Both the position numbers and the translations under genes were made by a program. The notes beneath the pieces are model-generated. The model made no database searches. It saw nothing but the letters and a program-made list of their open reading frames with translations, and was not told where the DNA came from. Positions 23,817 through 37,745 of a stretch of 64,000 nt of DNA are shown here, one piece after another. Numbering within the stretch: the first letter of the stretch is position 1; every line of letters starts with the position of its first letter. The stretch comes from Octopus bimaculoides (Eukaryota): the NCBI RefSeq assembly GCF_001194135.2, contig NC_068982.1, positions 64,850,686 through 64,914,685 of the forward strand, given 5' to 3'.

Positions 23817-26800
23817 GTATATATAAATAATGTATATATATATTATATATATATTATACATATGTATATATACTATACATATATATATATATATATATTA
23901 CATAGTTTCAGCTTAGAGCTGTGGCTAGTCCATCTCAGGTTCACCGATCGACAGCTCAGTGGAGTCAGGCAATGTCAGATGAAGTGCTTTGCTCAAGAAC
24001 ACAACACTACTGGTTCAGTAATTGTAAACACTATCTTGCAGTGAATGCATCATCCTCACTACTACTACCCCTATCCCCCACTCACTACACCCCCCACACA
24101 CTTACATCATTATCATTTTAACATCCGTTTTCCATGCTGACATAGGTTAAAAAGTGTGACAGTAGCTGGTAGTGCTTGGGAGGTGTTCCAGGTTCCATTG
24201 TTCGTATTGACATGGTTTCTATGACTGGATGCCCTTCGTAATGCCAAGCAGCCATAGAAACCTTGTCAAAACAGATTTTCCATATTGTTGTATAATCCAA
24301 ATCAGGTGTGATTGTAGAGAACTGATCAATGGAATTTTGTCTTTATTATGGAACTATTGTCCTTATTATGGAACTATTGTCCTTAGATTTATTATGTATA
24401 TGCTGCTCTAAAACTTACTATGGATATATTACACTAAATTTATTGTGGATATGTAGCCTGAACATTCATTGTAGGTGTGTTGTCCGAAAATGTGTTGTGG
24501 ATATATTTGAGTCTGTGATTTATTGCAAGTGTGCTACCTTAGATTTCCTATGATTTATTGTTAGTTTATTATAGTCTAGATTTATTGTCATTAGACTTAA
24601 GATTTATTGTGTCTATGAACGTGTGTGTTAGAAGATTTTTTGTGGTTGTTTTATGAGAAGATTTGTTGGGTGTGTTGTCCTAAAATTTATGTAAAATATG
24701 TTACTCAGAAATTCAAAATGTATGACCTTGCCTTAAAGACACTGAGCTACACCATCATCTAGGTATGGATGGCATATAGATCAAGTTGAACTACTATTAG
24801 AAAAGTCCTCTGAAGTTCATTTATGTAATGTATTTCAATTATATTGGTCAGTTGAAATGATTGACATGTATTAATTGCAATGTCTTCTTCGTGTCTTGGT
24901 GTAAAATTTTTATGAAAATTTGTTTTACTTTATGATATCTAAAGTTGACGGCATCAGAGTGAAAGCTGGTTACAGTTCCAGAGGAACCTTGAATGGAATA
25001 AATAGTTATTGCTGAAAATAGGCAAAAGCATGGTTGTGGTTAAGAATCTTGCTTCCCAATCATGTCGTTTATGGTTCAGTCCCACTGTGCGGCACCTTGG
25101 GCAAGTATCTTCTACTATAGCTCCAGGCTGACCAAAGAATACTGTTGTACATATTTATATATATATATGTGTGTGTTTCTGTGTATCCTTGTCAAGGATA
25201 CATGGCTGGTTTAAATGCTAAAGGGTTAAACTTCTTTCTCACCTTGCCTTATCTGAACAGCGCATTGGCTGTGAGATTAAGGAGCTAGAATATTGACCAT
25301 TGTACTGCCATTAGTATTGCCATTGACCATTATTACTGCCATTGTGTTGTGCTCCAGAGCAAGGCACCTAATTCTGCTTATTCCAATTTGCCTGGCTGAA
25401 AAAAAAAAAAAAAATCCCATAAAATCCCACCCCCGAGTCTCCATTACTACTTAGCAATAATAAAGGCAATCAGCTGTAAATACAATTGTTCCAGAGAATA
25501 AAAACCATTCCATTCATAGAAAAATGAATGAGAAACAATAAAAAAAAAATAAACAAAGCATAGAGATGAAATTCCTTTGTAGATAATTATAAATTTTTTT
25601 TATTAGAACATCTAAATACAAAGAAACAGGAAAGAAAAAGAAAAGAAAAAGAAAAAATGGCGAAGAGTAAAGCAGTGGAGGGAGAGGGGGTGACTGACCA
25701 GATATCCCAGAATAAGTGGGATGCTCAGCTGTGTCTCGCAGTGATGGCATTGCTGCAGAGAATAGTCAGTGACACTTGTTGCTGCAGATGCTACTCCACC
25801 TCATGGGGCTCATTTCTCTAACTGGCTGCTGTTATCCCTATTTTGCAGAGGAAATTGATAGTATGGGGTCCTAGAACAACTGATGTCTCTCCTCTGTGTT
25901 ATGGGTGGTGACACCCAGTTTGCAGCAGATGCTGCAAGGTTGGGGCCAGAGAATGTTACTGCATGTTGCATCCCAGACTAGAGATCTGCCTCTGTTTAGA
26001 ATGGGAAGAGGGTTATCCTGTTGGGGCACTTAATGTTCCTGCAGCTGAGACCTACTGGCTCAACTTGAGCCAGGAAGCTAACCATGTCAATATTGAACTT
26101 TATATGGAAATATTTATACAGTATTCATCATCATCCATTTTTCCCTGCGTGCATGGGTTTGACAGAATTTATTGAAGTAAATTTTCTATGGCATAATGTC
26201 CTTCCTGTTTTCAACCTTCACCTGTTTCCAAATAAGGTAATATTTCCATATGATCAGACATATTTTCATGGAAGATTGGAAACAAAGGGCACTGTTCACA
26301 TGATGGTAACACGTGTTTACAACTATTACATGATGTCAAGGCAAGGAAACATTAATGCACAAACACACAGGGCATTCAAAAGCTCTCTCTCTCTTTCTTT
26401 CTCTCCCTCTCTCTCCCTCCCTCCCTTCTCTCTCACACACACACATGTGCATAGATACATATATACATAATAGGTTTCTTTCAGTTTCTGTCTACCAAAT
26501 CTACTCACAAGGCAGTTTTAATGAGCTCAGGGCTATAGTCGAAGACACCCAAGGTACCATGCAGAAAAGTATAGAACACACACACATACTGATACAGCAC
26601 TATATATAACAGGTGGTATTAGCAAGGGTACAGATATAACTGATATATAAAATGAATACCTGTAGAGGGCGGCAGTATACAACCAATGCCAGTCTAGAAA
26701 TTGGATATAAATCAATGATTAAATGTCTGAGTATCTGAGATCAGTTAATGTTAATACGATTATAATTTTTCAGACTATTGAACTTGTCTTTAGAGATGAA

Positions 26801-27099
26801 ACATCTTTTAATATGATTATCTTTATTTCACTACAGGATGGTGAGCAGGTAGAATTGTTAGTGTCAGGAAAAATGCCTTGTTGTATTTGTTTTGGCCTTT
26901 TTTGTTCTGAGTTAAACTTCTGCTAAGGTCCATTTTATCTTTCATCTTTTTAGGATCAATAAAATTAAGTAGAAACCAAGTATTGAGGATGAAAGTATTA
27001 ACTTACCCTTTCACCACAAAATTATTAGCCTTCTGCTTAAATTAGAAATATTATCTTTATTTCATTATGATTCATTTTGTTTTGATCACTAATCACTAC

Positions 27100-27500
27100 C
27101 CAAATATGAGGGACAGGGGTCATTATAGTAGTGATAGGAAAAAAAGGACTGAAGAGACAACACACTTTGTGGGTCAGAGACTGGAGCATGTTTCTGAGTG
27201 ATTTTATGCCAGTCAGTTGAGTGGTCCTTCTCTGGTTGAGTATGTTTGTGTGAGTAGCAACCATGTAGGTCTCACTTGAGCTTTGTTGAAGCTTAATTAT
27301 TAGGGGACTGAAATACTTTCTGGCCATGAATAGAAGGACCTGTCTTTTGGAAGCAGCCCTTGTTATGTTAAGGATGTGCTTTCACTGGGAGAAAATCTCA
27401 CTGATAGTGAAACCTAACATTTGGAGTGACTGTGAGAGAGCTCTAGTTGAGTGCTGCTTGTGTGATGGAGGTGGGGTGTAATGGTTGATGTCTTCTTGAT
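27100..27500 (-). mobile_element. Old CR1-like LINE remnant
   Basis: Minus translation ARKYFSP...QRRTTQL...LQSLTHK resembles CR1 C-terminal RARKYF...QRRA..LI...LQ.L.HRR. Heavily degraded. Confidence 0.4.
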
Positions 27501-28464
27501 ATGAGAAGAGCAGACAACTAATTATTAAACTACAATGAAGAGTTAATAGGTTTTCTTTCTCTCATAATTTGAATTCACTAAAATGAGACTAAAATAAAAT
27601 CAGACAAGTATTCCCCTACCCCACTCTCTACCTAAATTTTTATAATTCCAAACTGAAGAAAACTTTTCTACTTTAGTATCTTTAGTTATTTTAACCTCAA
27701 TATTGATTTTCTTTTTTCTTTTACTTGTTCTTGTTTTGTTTTTGTTAAATATATTATCAAAGGCCACTTGGATAAAAATATTGTTTTATTGCCTAGCTTG
27801 TGTCCATAAGGTGGAGAATACGGGTAGATAGTATTTAGAGGTCAGTCAGATTGATATCTTGGAGTGACATGGAGTTAGCTTTATGTTTGCTAGGTACATG
27901 TCAATAGCTAGTGTCTGAGGAGCATATGCAGGGTAATTTCCTTTTTTTATTTTTATAGAGGTATGGAGTTGGGATTTATTTTATTACAGTAGCAAGGCAA
28001 GGTCATTGGCTAAATGAAGTGGTGGCATGAAATAAAGGTTGAGGAAGAAATAAAGATAAACAATATTGCAAGGTAAAATAAAATAGCTCGAATATTTTCA
28101 TTTGTTATTCTTTCCTGCTCAGATCAAATCTATCTCTAGTCAAAATTGTTGTCTGCATTACTAGCTTCCTTTTTAGTTTAAAAACCACCAGAGGTGCAAT
28201 AAAGCTGTTGTTCAACCACAGTTTTTTTATAGTGTTCAATGAATGAAAAACATCTTGCTTTGGACAAGGTGTTAGTCTATTGTAGATAAGTTTCCCAGGA
28301 AAGCCAAATAAGTTTTCCACAGCTAGGTGAGCTGAGACAAAGTAGAATCCTTGTTGTAGAATCTAACTATTTGAAGTATGACAAAGTAGATATCTTCTCA
28401 AGAAATTCAACACAATAGTTGTTGCTGTGTTTGAAAAGTTCGTAGTTGGAATTTGGGTCTCAAA

Positions 28465-28615
28465 AATGTGCCCCAGCACGTTCGGGGTGACGGCGCCGTC
28501 GCAGGCATGCCTTGCACATGTCCGCTTCAGTTGTCTGTTCACACTCCCGGCCCTATTTGCCAGTGCATGCGTGGTGAAGTTAATCTCATTTTACATTAAG
28601 CAATCATTAATGTAG
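28465..28615. promoter_or_regulatory. CpG-rich intronic island with p53-type response element
   Basis: AGGCATGCCT-T-GCACATGTCC at 28503-28523 (RRRCWWGYYY matches 10/10 and 9/10), several intact CpGs, followed by TAAT/ATTA motifs. Confidence 0.45.
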
Positions 28616-29908
28616 TTGTTACTTAGACCCAGGTTAGTCTTGGCTAAGCAGTGCTGTCATCAAAGTTGTTCCATCTGTGACCATCATGCCTTGTTTTTTC
28701 AAGTGTTGTCCCTCCAAGACTGTATTATTTATGACAGCATATGCTAGGTATCCCCTTTTTAATTTTTTTTTTATGTGAGGATAGGATGTGGTTTGAAGAA
28801 GCTTTGGCTGCTATTCCTAACAGGTTGAGTGACCACATAGAAGTTTCTTTTATATAGGATGTTAGCTGCTTGGACATGTAGCAAACCTCTCATATAAATA
28901 TGTAGATATACTACATGAACAAGCTGGTTGTCAAGATTGTAGAGATTGATGCTCTTTATATGTTAAGAGAGGGGCTACAGTACTCATGACATTTATAGGT
29001 CCTTCCAGACTGTTCAGATTAATGTAGGTGATGTTCAGCTTGAACTACTGTAGGTCTGTGATAATAGGAAAAATATGGGTGAAAGGGGAATTTGAGAGGG
29101 GTCACTGTTCTTGGAAGGAAAGACTAGGGAAATTATTTGGTTGGCCATTTGGTAATATTGACAGAAAGAGGATACACAGAGAGGACTAGTTAATGTTGAG
29201 GGCATGCCATTTGCAAGTTCAGAGGAGCAGTGGCCATTGGAATAAGGGAGATGTAATTGGAATAAGAGGGATGTAATGTGGATGAATCAGTGATTATGCT
29301 TTGGAATTGTTCAGAGTTAGAATATACCTTCTATTATTCTGCTTGAAACCCTGTAAAGAACAAATGATAAAAATATATCTATTTAGTCATTTAATATCTT
29401 AATCTCATATCCGATTAAGCAGATATAAGGATTTATGCATATAATTTCATTTCTTTATATTGCTATACATCTACCTACGTATGTAGGAATTATATGAATG
29501 AGTGCACAAATACAGTTCCACCCTTGTTGGCATGGTGAAAGTAAATGGAGAAAAACAATGATGATGGTAGTAATAATAATGACAATGCTGGTGATAAGGA
29601 TGATAAGGATTAGTAGTTTCCATGCTTATCTAATTTAATGCTGGTCTATGAATCCAGTTTTACATTATGAAGGTATCGCTATCATCATTATCATTTTAAT
29701 GTCCAGTATTCCATGCTGGCATGGGTTCAACGGGCCCAGTTGTACAGCATCTTACCACTTGGGTAGTTCTTTCATTAGTTCTTGTGTGAGGCTTAGTACA
29801 CTGAGATTTGACCGTACCACTTCTTCCCATATCTTCCTCTTCCAAAGGTGCCCACTCTCAACAATCACCAGCACATTCTCAATATAGTTTATATATTTAT
29901 ATTTTATA

Positions 29909-30120
29909 AACAATTGCAGTGTGAAAGGTGTTTATAAGCCATTTAAAAACACACAAAAACCGTTAGATTCACTTCAACATTTAGATTTAAATGTTGAAGT
30001 GGATCTAACGGTTTTTGTGTGTTTTTAAATGGTTTATAAACACCTTCCATGCTGCAATTGTTTTTGTTTCAGTACACGATCTCAGATCAGGTCACTTGCT
30101 ATGCAAGTACATCTCCATAA
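29909..30120 (+). mobile_element. Foldback (long hairpin) element, copy 1
   Basis: About 75-bp inverted arms around a GATT loop (29984-29987), unique tail ending CTCCATAA, 11-bp direct repeat TATATTTTATA on both sides. Confidence 0.8.
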
Positions 30121-30446
30121 TATATTTTATAGCTTATATATATATATATATATAGTTTATAATGCAGGGTTTCATTGTTGGATTATAAACTATCTTCTCT
30201 GAGTCTGTGGGAAGAATATAAATCAATACTGAATGAAACATTTGTCACTTGGTGTTCCTTGTAATATTTTGTTGTAGATGCATGCAGTAATTCGCATAAT
30301 GTGTGCTAATTTTGTCTTTCCTTTCAAAGTATGTGTACATCCATGCCTGGTAACCATCAATCAAATTTCTTTAATGATAAAACTTGATTTTTTACCTTGT
30401 GTGCATTCATTTTTTCCCTTTTCTAGTTCTGTGCACACACAAGTGT

Positions 30447-30772
30447 GAAGGCGCGTGGCTTAGTGGTTAGGGCATTCGGCTCGAGATTGTAAGGTCATGA
30501 GTTCAATTCCTAGCGACGCGTTGTGTCCTTGAGCAAGACACTTTATTTCACGTTGCTCCAGTTCACTCAGATGGCAAAAATGAGTAGTACTAGTGTTTCA
30601 AAGGGCCGGCCTTGTCACGCTATGTGTCATGCTGAATCTCCCTGAGAACTACGTTAGGGGTACACATGTCTGTGGATTGCTCAGTCACTTGCACATTAAT
30701 TTCCCGAGCAAGCTGTTCTGTTGATCGTATCAGCTGGGACCCTCGTCGTTGTAACCGACTGAGTGCTCCTTA
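30447..30772 (+). mobile_element. tRNA SINE family B (CORE-like centre, tail shared with family C)
   Basis: Head ggcgcgtggcttagtggttagg..gagttcaattcc, then ttgagcaagacactttatttcacgttgctccagttcactcag, then tail caaagggccggccttgtcac...ggaccctcgtcg. Another copy at 55030-55290. Confidence 0.8.
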
Positions 30773-31899
30773 GGTGCACACACAAGTACACACAACTTAG
30801 AGGGAACAGTGGCTAGCAGTTGAAAGGTGTTGGTGAGTAAATTCTTGTGATCTTTTCATTGTTTAGTACTAGCTCAAGCCTGATCACATAGGATTATGTT
30901 ATTTGATGTGTCTTTCCCTTTTTCTTTAGATGGTAGTGTAATTTGAAGGAGATCTGGCTGCTGTCTGTAGCAGGTCAAGCAAGCATACTCTGGTTTCCCT
31001 TTTGCCCACTGTGCCCTAGTTGTTGCTACTGATTTTGTTTAGTTTGAGGTCAGCTCTGATTAAGTAGACATATGGTCAAAGACATTCCAACCATGGCAAT
31101 GGCACCTTTTTTTCCATGTATTTTGTATGCCTGACTACAATATCCAATACATATTTCCCTTTTATAATACGGTAGTGTGTGATATGAATGAGATTATATT
31201 ATTTCTAGCAAGCCAAGCAACAATGTGATGGTTTTTTTGTTGACTCATTGTGATTTAGTTGTGACTTTTAGAAGCATTTAAGTTACATTTACCTGATTAG
31301 TTTAGTGTGTTACATCTCCAAGTATCAACACATTGTAACAATGTAATTTCCAGAACCATCAAAAGACAATATGTTTTCTTAATAAATTGTTTGTCCGACA
31401 TATTTGTTTGTAACTTGTTTATACAATAAGTCAGTGTGTTTTAAACAATGAGTTTGCCTCTTTATTCTCATACTTTATATGAGAACTTTTACTTATGACT
31501 TTCTTTTATTTCTTTTTCTTTTTTGTAGACATTCCTCTGTTAATTAATTAGTCTTGAACATTATATATAAAAAAAAAAATATAAAGAAAAAGATCCTTAT
31601 TTTCTGCATAGTTTTTGTCATATGTTCATCATTATTACCATAGCCGTCATAATCATCATCATCATCATTATCATGGTCATCATGACGATCATCATCTTCA
31701 ATAAGGGAGTTTTAGAAACCAATCAGCAATATTCTATGGAGTCATATAAACTGCTAGAAATAGAAGCCAAATCTCCTTTAAATTACATCATACTGTCTCA
31801 CTGGATATTGTAGTTCTAAATATATTGTGCTTGGGGAAATGGAATGAAATAGTTATGGTGAGGGGCTAAACAGCAAAATTTTCTTCCTCTCAAGAACTG

Positions 31900-32388
31900 G
31901 GGTTAATTTAATTGACTAACCCCCTCCCCTCAGATCTCAAGCCCTGTGCTCATATTGGTATCAGTTGTTGTTGGCAGATTCTTTAGAACATCAGATAAAA
32001 TATCTTGTTCTGACTCTTTACATTCTGAGTTTGAATCCTGTTGAAGTCAATTTGCGTCTCATTCCTCAGGGGTTGCTAAAATAGCAGTAAAGTACTGTCA
32101 TTAGTTTAACTGACTATCCTTCAGCTCTAAAAACACTGGCCTTGCGCCTAAATTAGATGCAATTGTTATGATGATGACAAGGGAGTGAGCTGGCAGAATT
32201 GTTAGTGTTGGAAAAATGCTTTGTAGTGTTTGTTCTGGCTCTTTACTTTTTGAGTTTAAATTTTGCCAAGCACAACTTTGTCTTTCATCTCTTTGGACTG
32301 ATAAAATAAAGTACCAGTCAAATATAGGAGTCAATGCTATTGACTAATTCCTTCCCTTAAAATTGCTGGCCTTGTGCCAAAATTTGAA

Positions 32389-32420
<32 letters not shown>

Positions 32421-33083
32421 GATGGTGATCAAATTCCACCGAGGTCAACTTTGCCTTTCATCCTTTTGGGGTTGATAGAATAAGTATCAATCAAGCACTG
32501 AAGTCAATGTAATTGACTAACTTCCTTCCCCAAACTTTCGGGCCTTGTGCCGATAATAGAAAGGATTATTGAGAGGGTGAGCTAGCAGAACCATTCACAC
32601 ACTGGGCAAAATGGTTAGTGGCATTTCATCTGTCTTTACGTTCTGAGTTCAAATTCTGCTGGTGTCAACTTTGCCTTTCATCCTTTTGGGGTTAATAAAA
32701 TAAGTACTAGTTGATCCCTGGGTGTCAATATAATCAACTTACCACTCCCCCAAAATTGCTGGTATTGTGCCAAAATTTGAAACTGTTATTACTATTATTA
32801 TTATTATTAAGGTGGTGAGCTGGCACGATTGTTACTACACCTGACAAAATGTTTGGCACATCTCTTCTGGCTTTATGTTCTGAGTTCAAATTCCATCATG
32901 GTTGACTTTGCCTTTCATCTTTTCAGGGTTGATAAAATTGTACCTGTCAAACATTCGGGTCAACAATATTGACTTACCCATTCTCCTAAAATTGTTGGTC
33001 TTGTGCCAAAAATTTGAAACCATTATTGTTGTTGTTGTTATTATTATTGTCATTATTATTATTATTATCATTATTATTATAAC

Positions 33084-33117
<34 letters not shown>

Positions 33118-33350
33118 GTAAAGCGGGTGAGCTGGTAAAATTGTTAGCAAGCCAGACAAAATGCTTTGCCACATTTTGTCTGTCTTTACAATCTGAGTTC
33201 AAATGCCACCAAGGTCAACTTTGCCTTTCATCTTTTTGGGGTCAATAAAATAAGTACCATTTGAGTACTGGGGTGGTCAGTGTTATTGATTTATCTCCCC
33301 CCTGAACTTGCTGGCCTTGTGTGCCAAAATTTGAAATTATTATTATTACC
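31900..33350 (+). repeat. Head-to-tail array of about 5-6 diverged SINE D copies separated by (ATT)n
   Basis: Repeated ggtgagctggcagaa...aactttgcctttcatcc...gtgcc...(att)n units. Confidence 0.85.
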
Positions 33351-33978
33351 TTTCCTTCACTGGACACTAAACTCTGTTTGCGAAGACCTGTCGAGGCAAA
33401 TGAAATCGATCCAAATTCGATGACTGGCACCCATGCCAACCTCTCCTTCATTGGACACTAAACTCAGCTTGCGAAGACCTGTTGGGGCAAGTGAAATCGA
33501 AGTCGTGATTGAACCAAATTCGATGACTGGCACCTGTGCCAGTGGAGCGTTAAGAGCACCTTCTGAGTGTGATCATTGCCAGAGCAACTATCTGGCTTCC
33601 ATGCCAGTGGCATGTAAATAGCACCTTTGAGCATGATCATTACCAGTGTTGCCTTACTGGCGCTTGTGCCGGTGGTACACAAAAAAACATTCGAGCGAGG
33701 TCGATGCCAGTGCCGCTGGACTGGCTCTTGTGCAGGTGGCATGTAAAAAACACCATTTTGAGTGTGGCCGTTGCCAGTACCGCCTGACTGACCCTCGTGC
33801 CATTGGCATGTAAAAGCACCCACTACACTCTCGGAGTGGTTGGCATTAGGAAGGGCATCCAGCTGTAGAAACTCTGCCAGATCAGATTGGAGCCTGGTGC
33901 AGCCTTCTGGTTCACCAGTCCTCAGTCAAATCGTCCAACCCATGGAAGGCAGACGTTAAACGATGATGATGGCGATGA
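33350..33978 (+). mobile_element. RTE LINE 3'UTR fragment
   Basis: Colinear with 23020-23712, with (GAT)n tail. Confidence 0.85.
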
Positions 33979-34624
33979 TGTGAGTTGGCAGAATTGCTAG
34001 CACATTGAAGCAGAGACAATTTAGGGTTAAGATCCTTCTGTCTTGTCAAGGGTATGACAATCTCTTTAGTGCTGGTGTCATAATAAAATGCATCTAGTAA
34101 CTCTTGTAAAGTGCTTGGTGATAGAAAGGGCACCCAAGCTAAAAATGAAACATGATTGATAAGTAGTCTTCTGACCCTTGTAAGAAGGCAGTTACTCTGA
34201 ATGAGAACTGACTCAGGTTATGACAACTTGTCTAATCCATGTCAACGTAGACAGTTTATGTAAAACATTGATGATGATGAAAAGCAGGACTGTTCCTTAG
34301 TGGCAAACTACTAGGATAGATTAGATGAGTAAATGACCAAATGACATACTGATATAAGTACAAACCCACTGAAAGTGATGTTTTTTTTGACTTTCCAGTA
34401 TCTGATAAAATAGAATTTTGTGGTGTATAAGGAAATGTATTCCAATTTTAGACCATATTTGACATGTGGACATTGTGGTTGGCACTCAAACCTTTGATTA
34501 GTTATTCCATGGTGTGAGTTACCTTTGCCATGTTACCAATTATTTCTAACAATTCCTTCACCACCACTACCCCCACCAACTTTTAACAACAATAAACTAA
34601 CAAGAAAGTCTATGCAAATTCTCA

Positions 34625-34810
34625 GCTTGCTAGAAATAACAGCTAAATCTCTTTTATATCATACTGTCTTAAACAAGGAAAAGACACGCTAGATAATGTA
34701 GTCTTAGATAATCTTAAAAAGAGAGCATAGTCACGACTGGAATGTGGTTTCATCACAGGTCTGATCTATTATACTGACCTGGGGCTAAACAACAACTAAC
34801 TAACAACAAC
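34625..34810 (+). mobile_element. Old retroposon family F with (AAC)n tail (representative copy)
   Basis: gctagaaataacagc..aaatctc...gacctggggctaaacaacaac. Related copies near 16640, 28615, 30870, 48303, 53960, 54360 and 55475. Confidence 0.6.
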
Positions 34811-35614
34811 AATATACTACATTTAATAATAAGCTGCTTACAAAACTGTCTGGTTAATGAGTCAAAGCAGTCATGCTACTAGGTTACTGACTATAAATGA
34901 GTCACCTAAATCTGTCCACCTTGACATGTACACATAGATCTGTTGTTGCCTTTTTCGCAAACTGCTGCATATTTGAGTGCTTATCTTGGCCACCTTTTGT
35001 AAATTACAAAATAGAAAAATAACAGCATTATATAAATAACTTTCTGATCAACTTTTTATTCTATTTTTCACTCAACACCCACCTAGGTTCAGGGTGGATT
35101 ATTTACTTGAGCATTCTTATTTTCCTCTGGAATGTCGATGTTACTTCAACAATGAATTTTTTAAATTTCATTTTTGTTTCATTTTTTTTGATGTTCTTTT
35201 CCTGTTTTATTTTTCCTTCATTTACTTAATTATTATTTTTTTTTTGTTTTGAAAAGATAGAAAAACAAAACATATTATTTTACTTCACTTGTAAACTGCA
35301 GTTGTTGTTATTTTGTGAACATTTCCTATGAAAACAAAGACCTTGTAGACACTTGACTGAAGCATCATATTTTATAACAGTGGAATTTGTTTTATAGCCA
35401 GATTAACTTTTTGAGAATTTGGTTATTGCTAGACAGTGTAATAACCACAAGTTATATTCTGATCCTTTATTTGATGCTGTGCATTTACCAAATTGGTTGG
35501 TTGCTAATACTGTAAAGTGAGGCAGAAGGAACCCCAGAAAGACACATGTAACACTGAATATTTAGTGTTCAATAGATAAGTTGTGTTTTTTTTTTTTTTT
35601 TAGAATTGTTCTTT

Positions 35615-36085
<471 letters not shown>

Positions 36086-36264
36086 GTTCTGTTTAATTTT
36101 ATTTTTAGTAATGGATTTCCATCAGTTTTGATGATGAATATCCAGCTTTTTGATCAACCTGCTTGTTGAATCAGTGAACAAGGGGTTGAGCTTTCTACAG
36201 ACACATGTACTCTTGACATAACCCTTAGAATTAGTGTTTTACACTATATGACAATGCTGTCGTC

Positions 36265-36700
36265 ATCATCATCATCGTTTAACGTCCGCTTTCGATGCTA
36301 GCATGGGTTGGACGATTTGACTGAGGACTGGTGGAGCACGAAGGCTACACCAGGCTCCAATCTGATTTGGCAGTTTCTACAGCTGGATGCCCTTCCTAAC
36401 GCCAACCACTCCGAGAGTGTAGTAGGTGCTTTTACGTGTCACCCGCACAAAGGCCAGTCAGGCGATATTGGCAACGGCCACGCTCAAGATGGTGTATTTT
36501 ATGTGCCACCCGCACAAGAGCCAGTCCAGGGGCACTGGCAATGATCTCGCTCGAAAGTCCTTACACATGCTGCGGGCACAAGTGCCAGAAAGGCGACGCT
36601 GGGCACAGGTGCCATCCCGATTTCGCTTTCGCTTGCCCCAATAAGTCTTTGCAAGCTGAGTTTCATGTCCAATGATGGAGATGACGTTGGCATGGGTGCC
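36265..36700 (-). mobile_element. RTE LINE 3'UTR fragment
   Basis: Reverse complement of the 23020-23712 / 33350-33978 sequence. Confidence 0.85.
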
Positions 36701-37490
36701 AGTCACAGTTTCCATTCACCCAATTTCACTCACAAACCTTAGGCTGAACCAGCAATTGGAAAAGACATTTTTCCAAGATACCACATATTGGGATTGAACC
36801 TGACACATTGTGATTGCAAAATGAAATTCTTAATCATTTGGCCATTCTGTACTCACATGTTAGTGTAATTGTCTGGGTAGAAAAGGTCTTTGTACAATAT
36901 TTTACAAATTGCATTCTTAAACAAGAGATAGGTCAATATTTTTGTACAGTTTTAGGAAATGGAGAATATTCATTCAATTCTGTACACCAGCTTGTCTTTT
37001 ATTAGCTGTCTTGTAAGCAGATCTACTTCTTGTATAATTTCTATGCCCAACTTTCAGTGTAACATTTCAACAATTTTCTGTATGATCTTGAAGCTTGTTT
37101 ATTTCTTGGTGAGAGTTCTAAATAAATAGATCCTTCTAAAAAGCTGTTGTAACTGAAGTTACTAATAACATAGAAAATACCTCTTGTTAGATATATGTCT
37201 TTGTTTTTCTTTCTCTTTCTCTCACCCACACCTTTTCTGCTGTGGAATTGACTTGAGAACCACATGATTATGAAACAAATTCAACCAAATATTCAAACAT
37301 ACATAAAATCCACATGTTTAGATAAATTGGTATACCTCAGGCAGAAGAAGAATCTTAACCTTTCAGGATTAATTCATTACATTTATGAATTCGCTCCAGG
37401 ATCCATTTTTTAAGCCTGGTTCTTATTGGCCTCTTTTGCTGAACCACTGAGTTACAGGGATGTAAATGCCCCACCAGCTGTGGTAGGGAA

Positions 37491-37544
<54 letters not shown>

Positions 37545-37604
37545 NNNNNNNNNNNNNNNNNNNNNNNNNNNNNNNNNNNNNNNNNNNNNNNNNNNNNNNN
37601 NNNN

Positions 37605-37745
<141 letters not shown>

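Noticed and set aside
33500-33815. CRISPR-like or twister/hammerhead ribozyme array
   Set aside because: Units are diverged, lack unique spacers and sit in a LINE 3'UTR. Canonical ribozyme cores (e.g. CUGANGA...GAAA) are absent.
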